Origin: Fistulifera solaris | Lineage: Eukaryota | Reading direction: 5' to 3' | Assembly (NCBI GenBank): GCA_030295235.1 | Contig: AP026158.1 | Span: forward strand, 372,001 to 436,000 | DNA: 64,000 nt | Shown here: piece by piece, positions 63,528 through 64,000 of the stretch | Numbering within the stretch: position 1 is the first letter of the stretch | Layout: each line of letters opens with the position of its first letter | Notes under the pieces: model-generated | Told to the model about the DNA's origin: nothing | Databases searched by the model: none | What the model saw: the letters and a program-made list of their open reading frames with translations, nothing else | Position numbers and translations under genes: made by a program

Positions 63528-64000
63528 TCATGCTACTGTCGATAGGCAAAAGTTTTCCATGGTCTTTTGGTAGACCACTCGTAATGAGTCGGAATCGACG
63601 CGTCCGTAGGTATTGTATTGTCGCACTTGTTCCGTCAAGACGGCATCCAATACAAGGTGTTTGATCGACTTTTGGTTCGTCCATGCGGACCACACGAATT
63701 TGTCTAGTCCGTGGTACGTATGATGGTCCGATTCTTCCAACAGGCGACCCTGTTGGGCCAAATAAATAATTTGTTTCGCCTGTTGTTTCAACAATCGGAT
63801 TTCTTCTTTCGAATACCAAATGGATTGTGAGTCGGCGTGTCGTTCGACGTCGTAAACAAAAGCATCCTGAAAGAAAGTGACGCCCCTTCTTCGTTTCTTG
63901 TGGCGGGGTGGGGTGAAGTCGCAATGCGTGCTTTTTAAAGACGATGTTGTGGAGGTCGTCGATGACACATCGTCCCAGACGCAAGCTTGCTCATACAGAG
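63528..64000 (-). CDS. RVxF/WY/GLE family protein, paralog 5 (5' end probably beyond the window)
   Basis: RRGVTFFQD...IWYSKEE..LLK...LEESDHHTYHGLD...LDAVLTEQ...LRVVYQ; frame stays open to the window edge. Confidence 0.78.
   Translation of the reverse strand, partial: LYEQACVWDDVSSTTSTTSSLKSTHCDFTPPRHKKRRRGVTFFQDAFVYDVERHADSQSIWYSKEEIRLLKQQAKQIIYLAQQGRLLEESDHHTYHGLDKFVWSAWTNQKSIKHLVLDAVLTEQVRQYNTYGRVDSDSLRVVYQKTMENFCLSTVA

Overview
Gene-dense eukaryotic nuclear DNA with short GT-AG introns. The gene families and the CoDi-type copia element point to a pennate diatom (inference). From left to right it holds: two tandem leishmanolysin-like (M8) metalloproteases, an alpha/beta-hydrolase, a trypsin and small secreted proteins; an ankyrin protein; a GAPDH with an in-frame TAG at a conserved Trp; two tandem sulfotransferase-like genes; two secreted His/Asp- and Gly/Lys-rich proteins; and a Helitron-like remnant. 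A complete ~7 kb Ty1/copia element follows (near-identical LTRs, TGGGA target duplication). After it come an SGNH-like protein, APC4, a large IQ-motif protein, tRNA-Ile(AAT), five paralogs of a small 'RVxF...WY...FEE...GL[ED]' family, three hAT-type MITEs and a divergent GFAT. Many genes and the transposon are broken by single-base shifts, mostly in homopolymers, probably assembly errors. Best leads: the HExxH zinc site of both M8 proteases sits alone on a 21-nt micro-exon; the copia primer-binding site matches the anticodon arm of tRNA-Asn (half-tRNA priming); the RVxF family may be PP1 regulators; and the GFAT has Ser in place of its catalytic Cys.
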